Shown: positions 50,343-61,170 of the stretch, piece after piece
Position numbering within the stretch: position 1 is the stretch's first letter
How the letters are laid out: every line of letters begins with the position of its first letter
DNA from: Okamejei kenojei
Lineage: Eukaryota
Direction: 5' to 3'
Length of the DNA stretch: 64,000 nt
Assembly (NCBI GenBank): GCA_035221665.1
Contig: CM069161.1
Location: forward strand, 6,200,001-6,264,000
Translations under genes and position numbers: made by a program
Notes under the pieces: model-generated
What the model was told of the DNA's origin: nothing
What the model saw: only the letters and a program-made list of their open reading frames with translations
Databases searched by the model: none

Positions 50343-50829
50343 AGATCCATTAGCCACAGTTGCCATGAGTTATAGGGCTAAGTCCGATGGCTGAGACCAG
50401 CCCCCATCTCACAGTGCAGGTAGGGTTGGTTCCAGCGGGGATGGAGCCCCTTGTTTTCAGGGACAATGATGCACAGTGTGCCTCAAAAACTAATAGCCAA
50501 GAAATTCTACAGAGTTGCTTTGCCAACATTACATTCTGTGTTTTCCTTCGCCAATATCTGCAACAGAGTCACCACTTACACATTCCGCTACAAGAACACC
50601 TTGTCTCCAGAGGCCACACTGGAACTAGTTACAACTGCTCGCGATGTCCAAAGGAAACCATAAGGAAATAACTTGCAATTTTCCAAAGTTTTACATGAGT
50701 TCACAACTTTACAGCCAATTAAGTGACCAATGCGGCGGCCAAAAGTGACTACGCGGCAATGCCTAGATATAAATGATTTTTTTAAATTAAATGTTTCTTA
50801 AAAATTAAATAATAGGATGATTTACTAAA

Positions 50830-51150
50830 GATAAAATCCCTGCTCTTCATTAAAGAAATGCAATGGGATATTTTGCACTATAGACTTAACATCTCATTTG
50901 AAAGATGGCCACTCCAATGTTGTTGAGATGCGTAAGTAAGTAAGTAATTTTTTGGCCACGTATTCACATACAAGGAATTAAGTCATCTTTGACAGTGTCG
51001 ACTGAACACCTCAGCTGAAAGATGGGCTCTCCAATGTTGCAGCACTCCTTGGCAAAACACAGTTGCAACAACCTCTATTTCTGTGCTCACATTTCTGGAG
51101 TCACCCTCAAACTCAAGGTTTGGTGACTCAAGTACCACCTTGCCATTCAT
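50830..51150 (-). mobile_element. Degraded Deu-domain (SacSINE1-like) SINE
   Basis: CCCTGCTCTTC...ATGGGATATTTT...TTAACATCTCATTTGAAAGATGG...GCAGCACTCC matches the reverse Deu core. Confidence 0.55.
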
Positions 51151-52339
51151 GAATCCTCAGCTGACAGGTTTGGCCATTGGGCGTGGCAGTCAATGGCAGC
51201 TGGCAAAGGCAGTTCTGAGGAACTTCCTGATAACATGGAGACTGTGGTGATTAAATGGCACCATTGTCTATTTAGCATTTTTTCGACATGGACGAGGAGG
51301 GCCCTCCAGATGCCAAAGGTCTTCTTACACAAGGCATTAAAGCTTTAGCATGCATGTCTGAAGCAAATTGGTCCCATTGTGCAATTGTAACAGCCAACAT
51401 TTCAGATCAACACACCACCAAAACCCTAATGCTATACACAAGATGCTGGCTCAAAAACCAGCGAAAAACAAATCACATCTTCAGCAGAAACAAGTAACTG
51501 CAGAAGCTGGTTAACACACAAAAAGGACACAAAGTGCTGGAGTAACTCAGCAGGTCAGACAGGATGTTTAAGAAGGAACTGCAGATGCTGGAAAATCGAA
51601 GGTAGACAAAAGTGCTGGAGAAACTCAGCGGGTGCAGAAGCATCTATGGAGCGAAGGAAATAGGCAACGTTTCGGGCCAAAACCCTTCTTCAGACTGATG
51701 TGGGGTGGGGCGGGGGGGAGGGAGAGAAGAAAAGGCAGGCAGGATCTCTGGAGAACATGAAGATAGGCCACGACCCGAAATGTCACCTGTTCATGTTCTA
51801 CAGAGATGCTGCCTGACCCGCTGAGTTACTCCAGCACGTTTGTGCCCATTCACAGCTTCTGCAGTCAGCCAGACCGACATAATCTGCAACATCATGGATC
51901 AAACCAGGCACACTGGCATGCTCGAGTGGGGCTATATATTTCTTAATGGATTTAATTGGAAATCACTAGCTTCAATTCAATGGATGCATGACCAGTAAGT
52001 GGAAAATAGGTCATTGTAAAGCAAAAAAAAAGCAGTTACTGGAAATCTGAAACAAAACCAAGAAACATGGGAGATAGGAATGCAGGCAATATCTGTAGAG
52101 ACAGATGTTAAGTTAAGTTCATGTTTCAGGTCAATGACCTTTCATCAGAACATTTTATCAGTGAATGTTAGAAAATCAAAGCTAGTTTGGGTGGTAGAGA
52201 AGGCAGAGAGACGGAACAGACAGCGAGACTATAATGGAGGGAACATTAAGAGATTCTAAATGTTCCATGTTAGCTGAGGGAAGCTGGTATAGGCTTGTTA
52301 ACTGTAGGTGATCTGTATGGAGGAAGTGCAAATAGAATA

Positions 52340-52638
52340 GGCGGCACAGTGACGCAGCGTCAGAGACCCGGGTTCGATTCCAACTATGGCCGCTGTCTGT
52401 ACGGAGTTTGTACGTTCTCCCCGTGACCTGCGTGGGTTTTCTCCGAGATCTTCGGTCTCCTCCCACACTCCAAAGAGGTACAGGTATGCAGGTTAATTGG
52501 CTTGGTGTGTAAACTGTGTAAATTGTCCCTAGTGTGCGTAGTATAGTGTTAATGTGTGGGGATCGCTGGTCGGCACGGACTCGGTGGGCCGAAGGGCCTG
52601 TTTCCACGCTGTATTTCGAAACTAAAAACTAAAACTAA
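52340..52638 (+). mobile_element. HE1-type V-SINE
   Basis: Head, V domain, tail and (AAACT)n. Confidence 0.85.
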
Positions 52639-53911
52639 AGAAGGAGATGAATAAAAAGAGATAAGAGGAAAAATAAATGCTGGAACCCTGTTGTACAAAA
52701 TACTGCAGTTACCAGAAATATAAAATGAAAGCAGATGCCAGAACTGAGGGGAGACCTGACAGAGGTATACAAAATTATCAGAGGCATAGAGAGGGTAGAC
52801 AGTTAGAACTTTTTCCCCCAGAGTGGAAAATTTCAAAGACTAGAGGGCAAGCTTTAAGGTGGGAGGACAAAGTTTACAGGAGATGGGCTGGGCAAGTCTT
52901 TTTTATCCACTACAGAGGATGGAGGAGGAGGCAGATACAGTAGTGGTGGCATTTACGATTTCTAGATAGGTACACGGATATGCGGGGAATGGAGGGACAT
53001 GGACCATGTGTAGGCTGAGGAGATTAGTTGATCTTGGCATCATGTTCGGCTCAGACATTGGAGCAAGAAGGTCCTTTGTTTGTGCTGTGTCTACGTTTTA
53101 ATTACTGTCCATTACAGCCAGACAGCAGAAGTGAAGGGAGGAACAGAAGTGAGAGGAAATGAATGTTTCGGATCAGCTCCGACCTCACATTAATGCAACC
53201 TCACAACCCCCACCCCTCCCATCTTGACGTCGTGCCCACCGCACCTGACCATGCTATCAGAACCCTTCCGTGAATGAGAGCCAAAGCCAGATATCAGAAG
53301 AGCCCCCCTCCCTACACACACACAGCCTGTCGTTCTAGCGCAGTGTGCTCATGATCACTGCAAAATGAGCAATTTGATCCTCTCAGACATTAATACACGC
53401 TTAGGAGTGAATTATAACTCTAGCCAGACTTACGTGAAGGTCACAAAATATCAAAGGGAGAGCAAAGAGCATGCAGCAATAGAAATCAAGGAGTTTTTCC
53501 TTTGCAAATGTTTTGACAATAAATCCATTTTGCTATTTGAAACTCCATTCCAGGTCTTCTTTGAGAGAAAAAAAAGTGAAAGTATTTGGTTTGCATCCAG
53601 TGGAGCGAAAGGGAAATATAGCAATTCCAGCGCTAGAAAAAACAAAGACCATTTCTGTGGTGCTCCTTTTATTTCTGAATTCTTTCAACTTTGCGAGAGG
53701 CCCTAGTAAAGGCTCCAGCGTTGTGGCACGGACATGTGTAAACACCGTCAGCGCTGGAGGAATGAAGGGGTGGAAGGACAAGCCATCATGAGCTGTTGGC
53801 CACGGTTGAGTTCTCTCGCCTCCAACTCGGTTGGATTCAAGTCCCACTTCAGGGATTTAAGCACAAAATCTCTGCGGAAGAACCAATTCTGCATTAGGAA
53901 GATATGCTTTA

Positions 53912-54082
53912 GGCACAAAATGCTGGAGTAACTCAGCAGGACAGGCGGCATCTCTGGAGAGAAGGAATGGGTCGAGACCCGAAATGTCACCCATTCCTTC
54001 TCTCCAGAGATGCTGCCTGTCCCCCTGAGTTATTTTGAGTCTATCTTCGGTTTAAACCAGCATCTGCAGTTCCTTCCTACAC
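53912..54082. mobile_element. Palindromic PLE-derived repeat
   Basis: Inverted pair joined at GGGTCGAGACCC. Confidence 0.78.
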
Positions 54083-54094
54083 AAATACGTTCTA

Positions 54095-54291
54095 AGGGCC
54101 TTTCCCACTTTCACGACCTTTTTTCCCCGTGGACATTTTTCATCAGGCTAGAAAAATGCCCCGACCTACCTGATGCCACGAGTGCCTATGACTAACACAC
54201 GACCTACCTACGACCTCCTATGACCTCGTGACGACCATGCTGCGAGTATGAGGGCAAACTCGGCAGAGGTCGTGAAAGTGGGACAAGCCCT
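54095..54291. mobile_element. PIF/Harbinger-like MITE
   Basis: 25-bp TIRs AGGGCCTTTCCCACTTTCACGACCT / AGGTCGTGAAAGTGGGACAAGCCCT; flanks CTA/TAA; internal CGACC/TGACC repeats. Confidence 0.75.
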
Positions 54292-54363
54292 TAAGGAGCA
54301 GGAGTTGGCCATATAGCTCTTTGAGACTCGTCCATCATTTATCGTGGTCACAACACGAACCAT

Positions 54364-54547
54364 AGCAGAAGCGTCCACGTCGCGGGGCTGGAAACTGGAC
54401 GTATCCCGAGCTAATTCTGTCACCACCATCATCTATTGCGACAAGTGATGGCTCCCGCTGATTGACGCCGGAAGCTTGCGTCCATTTCAGGACGGACGAT
54501 GACAGCGAGGCCAACATTTGTAACAAGATGGAAACGAAAAGAAGAAG
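54364..54547 (+). mobile_element. Short retroposon with a 5'-truncated CPEB3-like HDV ribozyme (family 2)
   Basis: TSD ACAACACGAACCAT (54350-54363) / ACAACAGGAACTAT (54548-54561); P2 GCAGAA/TTCTGT, P3 GCG/CGC, L3 TCCACGT, GG for P1.1, J4/2 CTAA; ends AACG-AA-(AAG)3. Confidence 0.8.
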
Positions 54548-54747
54548 ACAACAGGAACTATCACAAAGTTTAAACCACATTTAGACAGATACATAGATAG
54601 GATCGGTTTAGAAGGATTTTGGCTAAACGCAGGCAGATGGGGCATGTTGGTCAGCGTGGCAAATTAGACCCAAGGGGCGGTTTCCACGCTGATCTTCCAT
54701 CCCAGTGCCATTTACATGATTCCTCGCCATTATCCTCATATCAGCCT

Positions 54748-55056
54748 TAGTTTAGAGGAACAGCTTGGAAACAGACCCTTTGGCCCACCGAGTCCTCACC
54801 GATCAGCAATCCCTGCACATTAACACTATCCTACATACGCCAGGGACATTTTTTTACATTGATACCAAGCCGATTAACCTACAAACCTGCACATCTTTTG
54901 AGTGTGGGAGGAAACCGAAGATCTCGGAGAAAACCCACACGGTCACGGGGAGAAGGTACGAACTGCGTACAGACAGCGCGCCTAGTCGGGATCGAACCCG
55001 GGTCTCTGATGCTACAAACGTTGTAAGGCAGCAACTCTACCGCTGTGCCACCCGTG
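54748..55056 (-). mobile_element. HE1-type V-SINE
   Basis: Full reverse copy. Confidence 0.85.
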
Positions 55057-55534
55057 AGCCTGTTGTGCCTTGTAAGAATTTTGTTGTAAGTTTTAATGGG
55101 ATCACCTCTTATTGTTCTAAACTCTGGAGACTATTGGGCCTAGTACATTGAATATTTCCCCATGTGACCAACCTGTCACCCCTGGAACGAGTCTAACAAA
55201 TCTTCACTGCACTTCCTCTACGATAGATATACCCTCTTTTTAGGTAAGGAGGCCAAAGCTATACACAACGGTCCACAGCCTGAGGAAGGGTCTCAACCCA
55301 TTTGAAACGTCACCCATTCCTTCTCTCCAGAGATGCTGCCTGTCCCATCGAGTTACTCCAGCATTTTGTGTCTATCTTCACAATAGTCCGGATGCAGTCT
55401 CATCCAAGGCCTAGGTAATTGTTCTTCACCATTGCCGAGACCCCGCGGGGGGTCACCGAGTTCGGACCGCCTGTTGCCATGGGCGGCGGCAGGCCTGGTT
55501 TGCTGCTGTGAGCAGAGGATAAGATTATTGAACT

Positions 55535-56062
55535 TTTGGTCTCCTAATCTGAGGAGAGACATTCTTGCCATAGAGGGAGTACAGAGAAGGTTCACCAGAC
55601 TGATTCCTGGGATGTCAGGACTTCCATATGAAGAAAGACTGGATAGACTCGGCTAGAATTTAGAAGATTGTGGGGGGATCTTATAGAAACTTACAAAATT
55701 CTTAACGGGTTGGACAGGCTAGATGCAGGAAGATTGTTCCCGATGTTGGGGAAGTCCAGAACAAGGGGTCACAGTTTAAGGATAAGGGGGAAGTCTTTTA
55801 GGACCGAGATGAGAAAAACATTTTTCACACAGAGAGTGTTGAATCTGTGGAATTCTCTGCCACAGAAGGTAGTTGAGGCTAGTTCATTGGCTATATTTAA
55901 GAGGGAGTTAGATGTGGCCCTTGTGGCTAAAGGGATCAGGGGGTATGGAGAGAAGGCTGAGTTGGAAAATCAGCCATGATCATATTGAATGGCGGTGCAG
56001 GCTCGAAGGGCCGAATGGCCGACTCCTGCACCTATTTTCTCTGTTTCTATGTTTCTATGTTT
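55535..56062 (+). mobile_element. CR1 ORF2 C-terminus and 3' UTR
   Basis: FWSPNLRRDILAIEGVQRRFTRLIPGM...GDLIETYKIL...RTRGHSLRI. Confidence 0.92.
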
Positions 56063-56106
56063 TTGTAACTTAGTCGGCACCAGAAACATGGTGACTCGTG
56101 CACTGC

Positions 56107-56420
56107 CGAGTCGAGGATTGCTGGATGGTTTTAACGGGTTGTAGTCAGCTCGGGGAGAGTTCCCCCCCACCTCTCGCCGCGGGTACCATGTAATCCCGTG
56201 CTACCTGCTCCATGGTCAGCGACTAAACCGCCCCCCCACCTGGTTTGCCAGCTGAGGAGGGGGCTGTGGACCCCCAGCAGGACCAGAAACAAGACCCGTC
56301 AAAAGGAGGATGAGCTCCTAGCGAGCCGACGGCCATCCACACTTCAGTCGAAGTTGCGATCACTGTCGTACACGGCATTGTAAGGCATCGTGCCCGTTGA
56401 TGTTTTCAACTATGATGATG
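56107..56420 (+). mobile_element. Candidate RTE-derived non-autonomous retroposon
   Basis: GC-rich, non-coding, (TGA)n tail; body GACTAAACCGCCCCCCACCTGGTTTGCC...CCCCCAGCAGGACC resembles RTE 5' UTRs (from recall). Confidence 0.4.
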
Positions 56421-58069
56421 TATGCGTAACTCACACTGCATATGTGACAATAAAGAAACATTAAATCTTTGAGCATCTTCACATATGCACACTGATCCTT
56501 TCATCATTCATGGATAGGCAACATTTCAGTTCGGGATCCTCCTTCAGACTTTGCCTATCTATGTTCACCAGAGATGGTGCCTGACCCGCTGAGTTACTCC
56601 AGCACTTTGTGTCTTTTTTGGTAAACCATTGTCTGCAGTCCTGGCGCAGCAGTTGATTCTGCCACCTTGCTGCTCCAGCAAGCCAACTATCCACAAGTAG
56701 AAAATTCCATGAGAAATGCATTGGGACATCCAGAGGTCACGAAAATAGCTTTCAAATACCAACCTCTCTTTAATAATCGAGTATGCTTGCCCTGAGCATT
56801 GCTGCTCCCATCTGCTCTGTGCACTAACAAAACTGAGCCTTGCTTCTTCATCTGACAAGAAAAAGTACTGTGGAGGAACATCCTTTATAAAGAAGGGTCT
56901 CGACCCGAAAAGTCACCCATTTCTTCTCCCCAGAGATGCTGCCTGCCCCGCTGAGTTACTCCAGCTTTTTGTGTGCCTATCCTCAATAGAAATATGTGTT
57001 TGACTTTCTTTTCCATTGTTTAGTCCATAGCCATTACATGCACTCCAGCAGAGCTTAACATTGCAATAGAAGTAACTGTGGCGCATAGTCTTGGATGAAA
57101 ATATAATGAGTCGAGTTTTGTGCTGTGCTCGTCTTCAGTTGAGGATTCATCCTCGTGAGAAATAAAAGACTGTTCTTTTTAAATCTTTGACTATTCTTCT
57201 GTTGTAATTGGGGTTTTTGTGTTGAGAACACAGCACAGGAGCAGACCCCTCGGGCCATGGGGTCTGTGCCAAACATGGCTTGGCCTTGTCATTCTACATT
57301 TTCACAAAGGCTAACAAATTCTTTACCATCACCACCTTGAAATCCAGAATTCTTTATCCAAGTTCCTTCCCCATGCTGCTCTTCCAAGTATCAATCAACT
57401 CACAAGTGATAGGAATAGAATTAGACCATTCGGCCCATTCAATCGTGGCTGATCTATCGCTCCCTCCATCCCCTATTCGGTCTTTCTATGTCTAACCTGG
57501 GAGCCCCCAAGGTGCAATGGGAATTAGGAAGCAGGGGAGGCTCAGTGGCACAGCAGCAATGTTACTGCCTTACAGCGCCAGAGAACCCAGTTTCGATCCC
57601 GACTGCGGGTGCTGCCTGTACGGAGTTTGAATGTTCTCTCTGGGACCACGTGGGTTTTCTCAGGGTGCTCTGGTTTCCTTCCGCACTCCAAAGACATAGA
57701 TACATAGACAATAGGTGCAGGAGTAGGCCATTCGGCCCTTAGAGCCAGCACTGCCCATTCAATGTGATCATGGCTGATCGAGACGTACAGGTTTGCATGT
57801 TTCTCCTGAGAAAAGAAATGAATACCAGTAGATGTCCTCACTGAAAAAATTATATACCTGTAGTTGATCCAAAACAAATGGCACAATCTCAGGACGAAGG
57901 ATTGACCATTAGGCAAGATTACGAGAAATAATGAATATGTATCTACCTGGAATTCTGTGAACTGCCAGTGCATATTCATATGTGGATAAATATTGAAATA
58001 TTCCAGGCATACATTGATAAATCTCTGGAAACAGTGCTAAAAGAACAGCAAAAACTGCTCAGGCCATAT

Positions 58070-58370
58070 CTTTAGTTTAGTTTGGAAATACAGCGTGGAA
58101 ACAGGCCCTTCGGCCCACCAAGTCCGCACCGACCATATCTTTATACATTAACACTACCCTATACACAACAGGGACAATTTACATTTATACCAAGCCAATT
58201 AACCTACAAACCTGCACATCTTTGGAGTGTGGGAGGAAACCGGAGATCTCGGAGAAAACCCACGCAGGTCACGGGGAGAACGTGCAAACTCCGTACAGAC
58301 AGCACCCGCAGTCAGGATCGAACCTGGGTCTCCGGCGCTGCAAGGGCTGTATAGCAGCAACTCTACCGCT
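58070..58370 (-). mobile_element. HE1-type V-SINE
   Basis: Reverse copy with (TTTAG)n. Confidence 0.85.
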
Positions 58371-58755
58371 CCAGTAGGAATTCTCAGTAGGAATCCAGAG
58401 CAGGGACATAGAACAAGGAACAGTGCAGCACAGGAACAGGCCCTTCGGTCCACAATGCCTATGCTGAACATGCTGCCAAGCTCCTGACATTCCTCATAGG
58501 ATTCAGGAGCAGAGTCCTCTCTGAATTCCCACCAGTAATTAGTTTAATTTAATTTAGTTTATTGTCACATGTACCGAGGTACAGTGAAAAGCTTTTGTTG
58601 TGTGCTAACCAGTCAGCGGAAAGACAAGACATGATTACCATCGAGCTATCTACAGTGTGCAGATACACGATAAGGGAATAACATCCATGACAGCACCAAA
58701 CCCAGGCAACTATTTGCGTGGCTCATCACAGGAGTGGATCTGCAATCACACGTTA

Positions 58756-59292
58756 AGGGCCTGTCCTACCAGCATCCGACTCCATGCGAAGAGCGCGACC
58801 AAACCGGCAGCGGGGGCCGCGCGGAGGTCGGGTGATCCCTGTACAGGGCCGTTCCCAACAGCATCCGACTGCATGCGAAGAGCGCGACCAAACCGGCAGC
58901 GGGGGCCGCGCGGAGGTCGGGTGATCCCTGTACAGGGCCGTTCCCAACAGCATCCGACTCCATGCGATGAGTGCGATCAAACCGGCAGCGGGGGCCGCGC
59001 GGAGGTGGGGTGAGTGGCGCAACGCGGCGCAAAGTGAGGCGAACTTGGAGCGAAGTCTTAAAGGTAAGTTCGCCAGGACAGAGAGGGACACACAGAGAGG
59101 GGCACGGAGGCACACACAGAGAGGGTCACGGAGGCACGACGTCGAGGCGGTGTGTAATGTGTAGAGGCAACTGCGACCCGACAAGCCGTTGCCGCGCGGA
59201 ATTTTTGAACATGGTCAGTTTTTCGGAGCCCCGCGCGATGTCAGGATGAACTCCGCACAATTCCGCACGGCTCCGGCGATCGAAGTGGGACC
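58756..59292 (+). mobile_element. Harbinger-like MITE with tandemly triplicated left end; right TIR missing
   Basis: TTA|AGGGCCTGTCCTAC start; AGCATCCGAC recurs at 58771, 58860 and 58949 (89-bp period). Confidence 0.7.
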
Positions 59293-59374
59293 GAGAGTCT
59301 TGTGGAATACAGGCCAACAATTAGAAACACAAGTCTCCATGCAGCTCCTTCAGAAATCAGGAGTTCGAACCACC

Positions 59375-59790
59375 TTTAGTTTAGTTTAGCTTCTTATTGT
59401 CACGTGCACCGAGGTACAGCGAAAAGCTTTTGCTTGCGTGCTATCCAGTCAAAGACAAGACTAGACACAAACACATTCAAGCTGTCCGCGGTACACAGAT
59501 AAAAGAAAGAGTACCACTTTCAATGCAAGATATAACATTGTACTCCAATAAAGGATCGTTCAAAGGTCTCCAGTGAGCTAGATACCAGGTCTGGAATGCT
59601 CTCTAGCAGATGAGAGAACAGTTCAGTTACCTGATAACAGCTGGAAAGAACATGTCCTTGAATTTGGAGGTATGTGTTTTCAAACGTCTGTTGCCTAATG
59701 GGAGAGGGGAGAAGAGGGTGACTGGGAGAGGCTAGTCAAGGCAGCGTGAAGTGTAGATCGAGTCAATGGAGCTGAGGTTGGTCTGTGTGA
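59375..59790 (-). mobile_element. Rex1/Babar-like LINE 3' end
   Basis: Minus strand has LKTHTSKFKDMFFPAVI and a GTGACAATAA + (CTAAA)n tail; the same tail occurs at 58550-58690. Confidence 0.7.
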
Positions 59791-60927
59791 GATCCTTCTT
59801 CCCTGTGGCTATCAAACTGTACAACCCCTGCCCCTTCTGTCGTGGGGTAGACTGAGACTGAGACTGACTCCCCCCCCCCCCCCCCCACAATCTTTGCACA
59901 TCCCCAATCACTTTAATTTTGTTTCATATGTTTGTTTGTTTGCTCATTGATTGTTGGCAGATCAATTTCCCTGCTGGGTCCTGATGGTCTGGGCTGCTTC
60001 CACTACTCTCTGCAATTTCTTGTAGTCTTGGATGGAGCTGTTCCCAAACCATGCACCACGATTACATTCTTCCCACACGCTCAAAATTACTTTCCTAGCA
60101 GGAATCAGAAACAGGCACCTGGTGGATTTCCCAACAGGAATCAGAACCTGAAACCTTTTGAAATTCCTCAACAGAAATGAGGTTCAAGGGTGGAAAATAG
60201 AGGATAAACAATATCTTTCCGCCTATTGGCAGGAACTACAGATGCTGGTTTATACGGAAAATCTACACAAAATGCTGGAGTAAATCAGCAGGTGAGGCAG
60301 CATCTCTGGAGAAAAGAATTAGGTGACGTTTCGGGTCAGAACAAGTTTGAAGAAGGGTTCCAACCCAAAACATTTTTTTTTTCTCCGATCTGCATGATCC
60401 ACTGAGCTACTCCAACATTTTGTGTCTAGCCTTCTGTGCATCTGATGTGTCCTTCCTCAGTGGCGCATCACAACTGAGTAACATTCCTGAACGTTCAACG
60501 CAGCACGATCAATGCATCAAACTGCGATCACTGAAGAACAACCCCTATTGATCAGATCTGCAAAGTTTCCCAATACCGTCTCACTTTGATCCCAGAAAAT
60601 TGCTAATGCCGGCAGTTCTGCATGAGTGACCCTTTGCTCAGCCCTGATAGTGCTCACACTGGGTGAATGGAACCCGAGGCTGTTCACCCCAAAGATGGAG
60701 ATGACATAGGGCTAAGCAAATGGAAGTCTGACGTTAGAGAATGCCCAAACCCACCAGAACAGCCGTGCACCAAAGACTATGTACAAAGTGCTCCTTAGAC
60801 ATCCCTCACTGCTGACGGAACCAGGTACCAGTCAAAGGGCAGAGGGTACTGTACTACATCAAAGCAGCCACACCAACAAAAAAGCCACAGACTTTAACCG
60901 CAGCATAACTAACCATTCATGCCTCGC

Positions 60928-61170
60928 AGATAGACACAAAGTGCTGGAGTAACTCAGCAGAGTCAGGCAACATCTCTGGAGGATTTTTCGGGACAAGACC
61001 CTTCTTCAGACCCGAAGAATGTTCAGGGGTCTAAAGAAGGGTCTCGACCCGAAACGTCACCTATTCCTTTTCTATGGAGACGCTGCCTGACCCGCTGAGT
61101 TACTCCAGCATTTTGTGACTATGTACAGTATCTTCAGTGTAAACCAGCAACTGCAGTTTCCGCCTACACA
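60928..61170. mobile_element. Palindromic PLE-derived repeat
   Basis: Inverted pair; plus-strand core mutated to CTAAAGA (61031). Confidence 0.78.

Noticed and set aside
51285-53445. Other L3-like heptamers (reverse TCCTCGT at ~51292, reverse TTCACGT at ~53432)
   Set aside because: No P3 or P1 pairing, tail or TSD around them.
56107-56230. Possible HDV-like ribozyme at the 5' end of the RTE-like element (GAG-TTCCCCCCAC-CTC...GG...TAA)
   Set aside because: The loop is too long for L3, no catalytic C is in place, and the only candidate 5' strand of P1 lies in flanking host repeat. A family consensus is needed.
58756-59012. CRISPR-like array
   Set aside because: The tandem units are contiguous with no unique spacers, the context is eukaryotic, and there are no cas genes.
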